Sequence record: SRR20825006_868
Direction: 5' to 3' (one strand)
Length of the DNA: 64,000 nucleotides
Shown: positions 18,993-28,150 of the stretch, piece by piece
Numbering within the stretch: the first letter of the stretch is position 1
How the letters are laid out: each line of letters begins with the position of its first letter
Translations under genes and position numbers: made by a program
Notes under the pieces: model-generated
What the model saw: only the letters and a program-made list of their open reading frames with translations
Databases searched by the model: none
What the model was told of the DNA's origin: nothing

Positions 18993-19637
18993 CTATTTTG
19001 GCCAAAGACTGCGCATGTGCCGCGCGATTTCTTGATCCTGAACGTTGCTGTGAGTTTCGAGGGCGTCGACAACCCGCTTCTGATCCGCAAGCGGATGGGT
19101 CTGACTCAACTTTGTCACCGCATCGATATTTGAAATGGTGATCCGGAAGGAGCGGATACGGGGAACCAGGCTGTCGACTTTGCCATTGGGTGCGTGCTCC
19201 ATACGCCACGCGGATTGGGACGCCGCTTCGCTCTGGGCAATCGTGGTCCGCATGATCTCCAGTTGAGCCTCGGCATCATCAATCGGATGAAGCGTCCCTC
19301 GTACTTGCGCAGCAATGTAGTTCCAGGTCGGAACGGTTGGCTGGTCCTTGTACCAGCTTGCCGAGATATACGCGTTCGGGCCATGAAAGGTCGCAAGCGC
19401 TTTTTGGCCGGCGGCCAGGGTGGTGGCGTGTGGATTGTTCCGTGCCATGTGCCCGACCAGCTCAGTGTGACCAGTTGATGTTGTCACCACGTACATGGGG
19501 ACCGAGGTCGCATAGGGCAGGTCGCCGCAGCTGGTGATTATCTGGCCAAAGGGGTAGGCGGCTATGATCGAGAGCGGGTCAGACGCCCGATAAGGTTTCG
19601 GCACATACATGTGCCACGTCTCATTTGCATCGGTCAT
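18993..19637 (-). CDS. PaiB family split-barrel FMN/heme-binding protein
   Basis: MYVPKPY, GHMARNNPH, GPNAYISASWY, VPTWNY, KLSQ; RBS AAGGGA before ATG 19637. Confidence 0.88.
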   Translation of the reverse strand: MTDANETWHMYVPKPYRASDPLSIIAAYPFGQIITSCGDLPYATSVPMYVVTTSTGHTELVGHMARNNPHATTLAAGQKALATFHGPNAYISASWYKDQPTVPTWNYIAAQVRGTLHPIDDAEAQLEIMRTTIAQSEAASQSAWRMEHAPNGKVDSLVPRIRSFRITISNIDAVTKLSQTHPLADQKRVVDALETHSNVQDQEIARHMRSLWPK

Positions 19638-19714
19638 ACTATATCCCTTGTATTTTCTGGGGTCAGTCTTCGCGTCGACAGACAGAAATGTGAGGCGCGA
19701 AATGTATAACAGCT

Positions 19715-19731
19715 GGTGCGGCAGGGGCACC
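19715..19731. promoter_or_regulatory. LysR-type box 2, divergent paiB / serine hydrolase promoter
   Basis: ggtgcggcaggggcacc; GGCGC at -21 (19694) and GCACC at +21 (19748). Confidence 0.8.
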
Positions 19732-19837
19732 AGAATACCTTTGCTTGGCACCTGAGTCTGCCGGTATCGAAATGTATTGTCACCACAAAGCGCGCGCCAC
19801 CTCCTGATTGTCGCTGCGCTAACCTAGGAGACTATTC

Positions 19838-20986
19838 GTGACAGCATTCTCTCAGCGCGAACCGCAGTTCGGTGACATCGTGACGGCTTATGCTGGCAAA
19901 TTGATGCCAGATGTTCAGATGCATACGTTCAGCCATACACACGAGATTTTCCCCACTCGCACCATCAAGGCTGGTGACACGGTGTCTGCCTTGCCATATG
20001 CGGCGACGCCGCTGAGCGATATGCCTATTCAGGCGAATGGTAAATCCTACGATCTGTTCGACTACGTATCCCAGAACCGCCTCGTCGGACTGTTGGCGAT
20101 CAAAGATGGGCATATCGTTCACGAATACTATGATCAGGGCATCGGGCCGGATACGCGATGGATGTCGATGTCCATGGCCAAGTCAGTATCGACAACGCTG
20201 GTTGGTACGGCGATCAAGGATGGCTTCATCGACAGCGTTGATGATCAACTCGTGAAGTACCTGCCCGAACTGTCCGGTAGTGGCTACGATGGGGTCTCCA
20301 TCAAGCATTTGCTCCAGATGACGTCAGGTGTGAAGTGGGACGACACGCACACGGTGGCGGAGTCTGAGCGCCGCACCATGCTGGATCTCCAGGTTGGGCA
20401 AAAACCGGGTGAAATCATGAAATTCATGGCCTCTTTGCCCCGCATTGCCGAGCCGGGAACGGTCTGGAACTATAGCACGGGCGAGACCCATGTTGTGGGT
20501 GCACTGGTCAAAGCGGCAACCGGGAAGTGGCTGTCTGACTATTGTTCCGAAACCATGTGGTCGCGTCTTGGCATGCAGGCAGACGCCGCATGGTGGCTGG
20601 AGTCACCGGACGGGCTTGAGGTTGCCGGCAGTGGTATCTGCGCGAACTTGCATGACTATGCCCGGTTAGGACTCTTCGCGCTGAATGGCGGGGTGATCGA
20701 CGGGGAATCGGTCGTACCGGAAGGTTGGTTCACGGAAGCTACTGAGCCACGTATGGCGGGATCCGACCCATTGAACTACGGGTATATGTGGTGGCCCGTG
20801 CCTGACCGCGACGGTGATTTTAAGGAAGGCGCATTCAGCGCACGGGGAATCTTCGGGCAATATATCTACGTCAATCCCAGTCGTGGAATTGTGCTGACCG
20901 TTCTGAGTTGCCGGTCGAAGCCAAAATTCTCGGAAGCGATCCTGGATAATGATTTCTTCAATGCCGCTGTGGACGCGCTGAGCTAG
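19838..20986 (+). CDS. Serine hydrolase, beta-lactamase class C fold, NylB (6-aminohexanoate-dimer hydrolase)-like
   Basis: SxxK in SMAKS, WNYST, YGYMWW, ARGIFGQ; no signal peptide; RBS AGGAGA. Confidence 0.88.
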   Translation: MTAFSQREPQFGDIVTAYAGKLMPDVQMHTFSHTHEIFPTRTIKAGDTVSALPYAATPLSDMPIQANGKSYDLFDYVSQNRLVGLLAIKDGHIVHEYYDQGIGPDTRWMSMSMAKSVSTTLVGTAIKDGFIDSVDDQLVKYLPELSGSGYDGVSIKHLLQMTSGVKWDDTHTVAESERRTMLDLQVGQKPGEIMKFMASLPRIAEPGTVWNYSTGETHVVGALVKAATGKWLSDYCSETMWSRLGMQADAAWWLESPDGLEVAGSGICANLHDYARLGLFALNGGVIDGESVVPEGWFTEATEPRMAGSDPLNYGYMWWPVPDRDGDFKEGAFSARGIFGQYIYVNPSRGIVLTVLSCRSKPKFSEAILDNDFFNAAVDALS

Positions 20987-21969
20987 CTGCCTGGCTTGAA
21001 CTGAGGCGTGTCCTTGGCGATCGTGTTGGTCAGCCATTGACGGAATTTTCGCAAGCTTGGTTCGTTCCAACGATCGTGACGGGCGATCAAAACATAGTCG
21101 CCCCGCCTTGCTGGAAAAGCCGGATTATCCTTGCCGATCCAGACCAGGTCGCCTCTTGTAAGGTGCTTTTCGGCGAGCAAGGGGTTGGTCAGGGCAATGC
21201 CCCGTCCGTGGCGGGACGCATCGCTCGTCAAGTTGCCCTGCCACAGGCGAGGACCTTTGAGCCCATCGGCACAATCGACGCCAAGAGAGTTCAGCCAGAT
21301 TTCCCAAGTTTCGGTTGTATTCTCATGAAGCAACTGATGATTGAGCAGGTCTTCAGGTTTGTGGATTTCAGGGGCGCTCTCGAGATAGTCCGGGCTTGCT
21401 ACCGGAATGATAGGAGATTGTGCGATCACCTGGCTTCTCAGGTGGGACGGAAGCTCATCAAGATCTTCGTAGGATGCCCAGTAGCGAATATCAGCAGTGG
21501 CCTCATGGGAGAGAAAGTCCGGAGCACTGACGGACGGCTTGAGCTCGATTTCCACACCTTGGTTTGCGCGCTCAAGCGATGCCAAACGGCGCGACAGCCA
21601 TTGCTGTGCAAATCCGGGTGTACTCCATATCAGAAGCTGGTGATGGATGCCCTGATTGAGCAGGTCCAGTGTGGCGTGCGCCACCATATCAAGGGCTTGA
21701 GCAATTGAGCGATGATAGTCCTTGCCAGCTTCGGTCAGGATCAGGCCCGTCGGAACGCGTTCCACGAGGGTTATTCCGACCCATTCCTCAAGAGCCCGCA
21801 AATGTCGGCTTAGAACTGCATGGTCCCGGTCCAGCCATTTTGCCGCTTTTCGAACGCCGCCGAGCCGGGCGATGGCGTCGAACGCCCGCAATCCTTCAAA
21901 TGGTGGAAGCGCTTTTCTGAGTGGGGGCTGTTGCCCGGTCTTGATCAGGTCGTCCTTACGGTCGGCCAT
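20983..21969 (-). CDS. LysR family transcriptional regulator (GcvA/AmpR-like)
   Basis: LPPFEGLRAFDAIARLG..AA..L...VLSRHLRALEEWVG..L..R...LTEAG; substrate-binding domain; start could extend to 22092. Confidence 0.92.
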   Translation of the reverse strand: MADRKDDLIKTGQQPPLRKALPPFEGLRAFDAIARLGGVRKAAKWLDRDHAVLSRHLRALEEWVGITLVERVPTGLILTEAGKDYHRSIAQALDMVAHATLDLLNQGIHHQLLIWSTPGFAQQWLSRRLASLERANQGVEIELKPSVSAPDFLSHEATADIRYWASYEDLDELPSHLRSQVIAQSPIIPVASPDYLESAPEIHKPEDLLNHQLLHENTTETWEIWLNSLGVDCADGLKGPRLWQGNLTSDASRHGRGIALTNPLLAEKHLTRGDLVWIGKDNPAFPARRGDYVLIARHDRWNEPSLRKFRQWLTNTIAKDTPQFKPGS

Positions 21970-22092
21970 TCTGGTTTCCCTATCATGGTGTGTTTGTCGC
22001 GGGATTGACCTTCCGGCGGGTTCGTAAGTCAAGCTTTGCGCTGATTCCAGTGGGACCATGTGTTTGTCGCGCCTGATTTCTTGGCGTGTCAC

Positions 22093-23175
22093 TTATTCAC
22101 CACCGGGTGACGATTTCGTTGCGCCTTGCCCGCGACGACGGGCTAACCAAAGTTGTACGCCCAAAGCGATCATGAACAACAACCAGATGCCGGCGGCGGC
22201 ATTTATGAGTCGCCCGAACAGTCCACCTATCTGTCCGGTGTGGAGTGGGTAAAGAGATTCAATTACACGCTCTTCCGGAGCGCTGTTGGCAGCATCATGG
22301 TCCAGCAGAACCGTGCCGTCCAATCCGACGAATACGCGGGTTGCGCCATAGAGGCGCGGCATCTCTCCGGGTGCCTTCAGGCGAAACTTGTACCATTGCC
22401 GGTTTTCGGTGGGCAAATTGATCGCGACGAGAGAGGATCCGGGATACTCGCCGAGTGCAACATCCATCGCAGCGCCTAAGTCCACGATGTGCGTTGGAGC
22501 GGGCTTCTGACTTTCAGGGGTTTTCTGTTCCACGCTCAGCCCATTTGCCAGCTGATCAGACTGGGTGAGGGCAGTGCCCGCCAATATGACGCAGAGCGCT
22601 GGAATTGCCCCCCAAAATCCCACGCGCCAATGCCAGCCTGACAATGCCGCAGCTGCCGGGACGGAGGAGGCTTTTGTAAACGCTCTAAGGCGTTTGCGTT
22701 GAGACCATCCAGCCACCAGCCCAAGGCTGATATTTGATATCAGAAGGAGACCGGAGATTGTGAGGAAGAGGTATCCCGTTGAGCCCAACATCAGCGATTT
22801 GTGAAATTGCGTCAGGGTTTCGAAGATAGCGCCGTCTGAAAACCGATTGGCGTCGGACCGATCACGGATGTGTGCACCGGTACCGTCAATTCGCACTGTG
22901 CGGCTTTCACCATCGCGGTCCAAATAGACATCATATTGACCGTCCCGACCACCGGATATCCAGATTGACGAGATTTCGTCGCCTTCCGATTGAAGCGTCT
23001 CGATCGTTTTGGCCAGGGCGGCAGTTTCGGTTTGAACGCTCTTCTGCCCGAGGAAGAAATCATCGATATCGGCTCGGAAACTAATCGCCAGGCCAGATGC
23101 GGCCTGGAGTGCCCACAAAGCGAGGAAGCTGAGGCTGACATATTTGTGGATGGACCGGACTCTCGGAAAACGCAT
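22093..23175 (-). CDS. PepSY-associated TM-helix protein (FoxB/PiuB-like)
   Basis: Four His next to TM helices: RSIHKY, QFHKSL, GWHWRVG, YPLHTG. Confidence 0.85.
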   Translation of the reverse strand: MRFPRVRSIHKYVSLSFLALWALQAASGLAISFRADIDDFFLGQKSVQTETAALAKTIETLQSEGDEISSIWISGGRDGQYDVYLDRDGESRTVRIDGTGAHIRDRSDANRFSDGAIFETLTQFHKSLMLGSTGYLFLTISGLLLISNISLGLVAGWSQRKRLRAFTKASSVPAAAALSGWHWRVGFWGAIPALCVILAGTALTQSDQLANGLSVEQKTPESQKPAPTHIVDLGAAMDVALGEYPGSSLVAINLPTENRQWYKFRLKAPGEMPRLYGATRVFVGLDGTVLLDHDAANSAPEERVIESLYPLHTGQIGGLFGRLINAAAGIWLLFMIALGVQLWLARRRGQGATKSSPGGE

Positions 23176-23266
23176 GAAACCTCCAGTACCAAAGAGCGAA
23201 AAATTGCCAGTCTCATGTATCGCAAAGAATTCGGAGCACGTGACAGATGCGAAGTGCGCGACCAGT

Positions 23267-23283
23267 GGTGCGCTTGGCGCACC
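23267..23283. promoter_or_regulatory. LysR-type box 3, divergent pepSY / amidohydrolase promoter
   Basis: ggtgcgcttggcgcacc; GATGC at 23246 (-21). Confidence 0.8.
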
Positions 23284-23421
23284 TCTTCATGCGTCGTAGG
23301 CCCCTTCGCCGATGCGGTCGCGACATGGTCAAGTCGAAGCTGCAGGAAAGCCTACCCGCCGGACCGGCGAACGCGCATTCTACGGGCTTGAGCGCTGCAA
23401 CACAGAGGGGAGAAGGCATTC

Positions 23422-26400
23422 ATGAGAGTGACGACTATAGCTGCCGGACTGTTGGGCCTGGCTTTGTCAACTGGATGTACATCCAACGCGCAGGAATGGG
23501 ATATTACCCAAACTGGGCAGCCTTATCAGGAGGTCGAACTCTCCCTGACAGAAGGAACCTGGATAAGTGTTGCTGTCAGTCCGGTTGGCGACACGATCGT
23601 GTTCGACGTGTTGGGAGACATTTACTCAATGCCAGCAACGGGCGGTGCCGCTGAATTGGTGCATGGCGGGCCTGCCATTCAGCATTCGCCGGTATTCAGT
23701 CCGGATGGCGCACGCATTGCGTACATCAGTGATGTCGACGGGTCCGATAATATCTGGACGTCGGACCCAGACGGCAGCAACCCCGTTCAGGTCTCGTCCG
23801 AGAGCACGCTTGCATTGGTCGATCCATCCTGGAGTGCGGATGGCCGAACCATTGTTGCGGCCCGCATGTTCGATACGGCGAACCGGCTCCATTCCTCTGA
23901 ATTGGTAACCTATCCTGCTAGTGGGGGTGATGCAGAACAGATCGTCCCGATGCCAGAGAATGGCGAAAACGTGCATGATGCCGTCTATTCACCTGATGGT
24001 CAGTTCCTGTACTTCGTCGAGAAAATGACCCCGCCGCATGCGTCCACTGTATATGTGGATGCCAACCACAAGAATTTTGCCATTCGTCGGAAAAGTCTTG
24101 AAACCGGCGAGATCAAAACTGTGGTGGGCGGTTTTGGTGGCGCCATGACTCCGTCCATGTCGCCTGACGGCAGTAAAATGGCCTTTGTCCGCCGGGTCAA
24201 AGATCAAACAATGCTGTTCACGTACGATTTTGCGACACGCGCCCAGATACCGGTGTTTGATGGATTGGACCGGGATGGGCAGGCTGATTTTCTGGGGCAG
24301 GGCACATATTACCCCCGATTTTCCTGGTTTCCCGACGGCAAGGCAATCGCGATATGGGCAGGCGGAAAAATCATGCGCGTCGATATGGACAGTGGGCGCG
24401 CGAATGAGATTCCATTCTCCCTGACGGCTAGGCATCGTTTGACCGAGCCGGCGCGATTCACACAAGACCTCGATCCGGATACGTTACGTGTAAAGGCGAT
24501 TTCGCGACTGGCCCTTTCGCCGGACGAGCAGATGCTTGCGTTCAGCGCGCTCGGACGCATATGGCGACAGGATATTTCCAACAACACGCCGGAACACTTA
24601 TCGACGACGGAAGCTTCGCAATCGGAACCAGCCTTTTCACCCGATGGTCGAACCATCGCGTTCATCGAGTGGGATGACGTATTGGGCGGGACCCTGAAGG
24701 TGAAATCCGACAATGGAAAAGTGTCCACACTGTTCAAGTCTACCGGCATTGTGCGTGAACCTTCATTTTCGCCGGACGGATCGGTGATCATGTTCCAGAT
24801 TGCATCGGGCGACGATTGTCTCGGCGGTCACTTGGCGGACCCTGGGATTTACTGGATTCCTGCCGAGGGAGGCGAAGCAACCCCATTGGGCGTCGTCGGT
24901 GGCAATCCGAGATTCTCTCCCGATGGAGAGCGCGTGTACTTCACGACAGAGGCTTATATCGACGAGACGCTCGTTACGACACTCGAAAGCGTGTCGATCA
25001 ATGGGGATGACCATGAAGTGCACGTGCGAACAAAGGATTCAGACACGAGTGAGTTGAAGCTTAGCCCGGATCTGAACTGGATCGCTTATCGGCACTATCA
25101 AACGTATTACGTGGCATCCTTTGACCCCGCCGTAGAGGGCGGTGTGTTCGATGCTGATAGCGGCACGCGACTGACAGATGCGGGAGGGTATGAGCTGATC
25201 TGGGCTCGGGACTCAGAAAGCGTATTTTGGGCGTTTGGTCCTGATGTGTACCGAGCCTCGGTGAACGCGGATGGCGCCGATCCCACTCTGTTTGCCAGGG
25301 TGGATTTGCGCGTTCCTGTGGACCGCCCCATCGGCAAGACCGCTTTCGTGGGTGGTCGGATTATTACCCTGGATCAGGGCGGCATCATCGAACACGGCAC
25401 ACTTGTTGTGGATGGAAATCGGATCGTTGCGGTCGGACCTACCGCCGACGTCGGTGTTCCCAACGATGCACATGTGATTGATGCGACCGGAAAAACCTTG
25501 ATGCCCGGCCTTGTGGACATGCATGGACATCTGGATGGATGTTACTATGCGTCGGCAGGGCTGTTGCCGCAGCAGCAAGCATCTCGCTACGCAGCACTCT
25601 CTTTCGGGATTACCACGAACTACGATCCCTATACATCGGAGCTTCCGACCTACGGAGTTACCGAGATGACCCAGACTGGTGCGATGGTGGGCCCCCGCAC
25701 CATTGCGGTCGGGAATGTTATTTTCGGCCGCAAGCGTAAATATGACCCGGTCTATGTTCCGATCGAGACCTATGCAGATGCCGTAGCGGTGATGGACCGT
25801 AAGAACGCATTGGGGGGGACAATAATCAAGAGCTACCGACAGATCCAGCGCAAGCAACGACAAATGCTGGTAAAGGCAGGACGCGAAAAAGGCATCATGG
25901 TGGACGTTGAGGGAGAGAGCCACTTTTTCAATGGCGTTACGGCCATTCTGGACGGCAATCTGAACCTTCAACACAATGTCCCGGTTGAGACGCTCTATGA
26001 TGATTTCATCCAGTTGATGGCGAAATCTGATGTGGCGCACACACCCACTCTGATCGTGCTCTTCGGGGAGTTGATGGGAGAAAACTATCTCTACAATTCG
26101 TCTCGGCTTTGGGAAGACCCGCGGGTGGATGCCTATGTTCAGACGACGACGAGTTCTTACAGCCCATTGGCAGTCCCCGTCGGGGCGCCACCGTATGTTC
26201 GCGGCATGACAAATATACAGGCAGCGGACGAGATTTGGGACTTGGGGTTCCGCGCGGCTGCGCGTTCCATGAAGGCGTTGAACGATGCCGGTGGCCGGGT
26301 GAATGCCGGATCGCATGGCCAAGTCTACGGGCTAGCCATGCATTGGGAACTTCAATTGCTTTCAGAGGGCGGGATGAGCAATCTTGATGTTCTCAAGGCT

Positions 26401-26676
26401 GCTACGATCAACGGCGCCACGACGTTGGGACTTGAGGAGCAAATCGGTTCAATCAAGGCCGGAAAGCTCGCCGACATTATCGTTCTTGATGAAAATCCGC
26501 TGACGGATATCCGGAATACCGAAACGGTCTCGCGAACAATGGTGAATGGTCGTCTCTATGATTCTGTGACCATGAACGAAATTGGAAATCATGATCGTCC
26601 ACGGCGACCGTTCTACTGGGAAGTCAATGATGTGCCCAAACATATCAACTGGAAGCCCGCCTGGGGCGAGCACTGA
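23422..26676 (+). CDS. Exported amidohydrolase with N-terminal PD40/TolB-like propellers (copy 1)
   Basis: Signal/lipobox LSTGC, repeated P.FSPDG, MPGLVDMHGH, IKSY, AGSHGQ, GSIKAGKLADI. Confidence 0.9.
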   Translation: MRVTTIAAGLLGLALSTGCTSNAQEWDITQTGQPYQEVELSLTEGTWISVAVSPVGDTIVFDVLGDIYSMPATGGAAELVHGGPAIQHSPVFSPDGARIAYISDVDGSDNIWTSDPDGSNPVQVSSESTLALVDPSWSADGRTIVAARMFDTANRLHSSELVTYPASGGDAEQIVPMPENGENVHDAVYSPDGQFLYFVEKMTPPHASTVYVDANHKNFAIRRKSLETGEIKTVVGGFGGAMTPSMSPDGSKMAFVRRVKDQTMLFTYDFATRAQIPVFDGLDRDGQADFLGQGTYYPRFSWFPDGKAIAIWAGGKIMRVDMDSGRANEIPFSLTARHRLTEPARFTQDLDPDTLRVKAISRLALSPDEQMLAFSALGRIWRQDISNNTPEHLSTTEASQSEPAFSPDGRTIAFIEWDDVLGGTLKVKSDNGKVSTLFKSTGIVREPSFSPDGSVIMFQIASGDDCLGGHLADPGIYWIPAEGGEATPLGVVGGNPRFSPDGERVYFTTEAYIDETLVTTLESVSINGDDHEVHVRTKDSDTSELKLSPDLNWIAYRHYQTYYVASFDPAVEGGVFDADSGTRLTDAGGYELIWARDSESVFWAFGPDVYRASVNADGADPTLFARVDLRVPVDRPIGKTAFVGGRIITLDQGGIIEHGTLVVDGNRIVAVGPTADVGVPNDAHVIDATGKTLMPGLVDMHGHLDGCYYASAGLLPQQQASRYAALSFGITTNYDPYTSELPTYGVTEMTQTGAMVGPRTIAVGNVIFGRKRKYDPVYVPIETYADAVAVMDRKNALGGTIIKSYRQIQRKQRQMLVKAGREKGIMVDVEGESHFFNGVTAILDGNLNLQHNVPVETLYDDFIQLMAKSDVAHTPTLIVLFGELMGENYLYNSSRLWEDPRVDAYVQTTTSSYSPLAVPVGAPPYVRGMTNIQAADEIWDLGFRAAARSMKALNDAGGRVNAGSHGQVYGLAMHWELQLLSEGGMSNLDVLKAATINGATTLGLEEQIGSIKAGKLADIIVLDENPLTDIRNTETVSRTMVNGRLYDSVTMNEIGNHDRPRRPFYWEVNDVPKHINWKPAWGEH

Positions 26677-26710
26677 GCGCTTTGTCACAGTTATCCAATG
26701 AAAGACCATT

Positions 26711-28150
26711 TTGATGAGTGATCTACCAAAAACCTCCGGAGCTTCGGATGTGGCGGACGTGAATGCCACAGGCGCAGACGATGCGGTGTTCTTCGGTCAC
26801 CCCAGGGGGCTGGCCTATATCGTGTTCACTGAGGCGTGGGAGCGGTTTTCCTTCTATGGCATGCAGGCATTGTTGATCCTGTATATGGCGACATACCTGT
26901 TCCTGCCGGAGAATTCCGGGAATGTCGCGGCATTCGAGCCCTTTCGGAGCTTGTTTGAGGCGGTATTTGGGCCACTGAGCATACAAGCATTGGCATCCCA
27001 GGTATTTGGGGCTTATGTAGGCCTCGTCTATTTTGCACCTGTTCTTGGCGGGCTGATTGGAGACCGGCTTCTGGGCCGGACAAAGGCCGTTCTTGCCGGG
27101 GCCTTGTTCATGGCGGTTGGCCATTTCCTCATGGCGTTTGAGGCAAGTTTTCTCTTGGCATTGGCCGCCCTGATACTCGGATCGGGGCTCCTGAAGGGAA
27201 ATCTCGCGGCTCAGGTTGGCGGTCTCTACAAGAAGTCTGACCAGAGAAGGGATTCCGGCTATTCAATCTATGTTTTCAGCATAAATGTCGGTGCCTTTAT
27301 CGCACCCTTGATATGCGGCACGCTGGGCGAGGTGTATGGATGGCATTATGGTTTCGGCGCCGCCGGAATAGGCATGTTGATTGGCCTCGCTGTTTACCTG
27401 TCCGGCCGAAACTATCTGCCGTTGGATACGGTTGTGGAGAGTAAGGATCGTCCGAAGCTGGAAAAGGGCGACGGCGTTGTTATTCTGGCAATCCTTGTGA
27501 TGCTGGGCCTCACTTCCTTGTATTGGACGGCGCAATCGCAAGTTTGGAACGCCTATCCATTATGGTTGAGATCAGATGTGGATCGTACCGTCTTCGGAAT
27601 GGAGGTTCCGGTGACATGGTTCCAGTCTCTCGACTCGTTGGCGGTTCTCCTGCTTGCGCCTCTGGTGCTGTGGTATTGGCGCCACCAGTCTCGTCGGAAT
27701 GCAGAGCCAGGAGATCTGATCAAACTTGCCCTTGGCTGCGCTGTGTTCGCAATTGCGTTCGCACTGCTCGGGTTGGGAGGCGTGTTATCTGCCGGGGGTT
27801 CCGTCGCTTTAATCTGGCCCATTATCTTCCATTTTGTCTGCGCCGTCGGGTTTTTGTATGTTGGACCAATTGCGCTGGCGCTGACGTCTCGCGCTGCTCC
27901 GGATTCGGTGAACTCCATGATGGTGGGATCCTACTATCTGGCCATATTTGTCGGTGGACTGTTCAGCGGTTGGCTCGCCCGCTTTTATGAAGTGATGTCG
28001 GCCTCCGAATTTTGGCTGATGCATGCCGCGATCGTAGGGTCGGCGGCAGTACTCCTGGTTGTGTTGAGACCCGTCCTCAGTCGATTGATGCGTCTTGACA
28101 GGGATTTGTCCGCCAGTCCCAAGGCACCTTTCCAGCAGGAGGCACTCTAA
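26711..28150 (+). CDS. POT/PTR family proton-coupled oligopeptide transporter
   Basis: FFGHPRGL, EAWERFSFYGM (ExxERFxYY-like), multiple TM helices. Confidence 0.93.
   Translation: MMSDLPKTSGASDVADVNATGADDAVFFGHPRGLAYIVFTEAWERFSFYGMQALLILYMATYLFLPENSGNVAAFEPFRSLFEAVFGPLSIQALASQVFGAYVGLVYFAPVLGGLIGDRLLGRTKAVLAGALFMAVGHFLMAFEASFLLALAALILGSGLLKGNLAAQVGGLYKKSDQRRDSGYSIYVFSINVGAFIAPLICGTLGEVYGWHYGFGAAGIGMLIGLAVYLSGRNYLPLDTVVESKDRPKLEKGDGVVILAILVMLGLTSLYWTAQSQVWNAYPLWLRSDVDRTVFGMEVPVTWFQSLDSLAVLLLAPLVLWYWRHQSRRNAEPGDLIKLALGCAVFAIAFALLGLGGVLSAGGSVALIWPIIFHFVCAVGFLYVGPIALALTSRAAPDSVNSMMVGSYYLAIFVGGLFSGWLARFYEVMSASEFWLMHAAIVGSAAVLLVVLRPVLSRLMRLDRDLSASPKAPFQQEAL

Noticed and set aside
18993-19637. Piperazate (N-N bond) biosynthesis
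   Set aside because: No ornithine N-hydroxylase or NRPS; motifs (YIS.SWY, VPTWNY) are PaiB-type and the context is catabolic.
19838-20986. AmpC beta-lactamase with AmpR regulator
   Set aside because: No signal peptide, no KTG motif, YST instead of YxN; the LysR gene is convergent, not divergent.
25213-26322. Long antisense ORFs (369 aa here; also 56441..57358, 54366..55079, 21037..21708)
   Set aside because: They lie opposite well-supported genes and have no motifs; expected shadows in GC-rich coding DNA.
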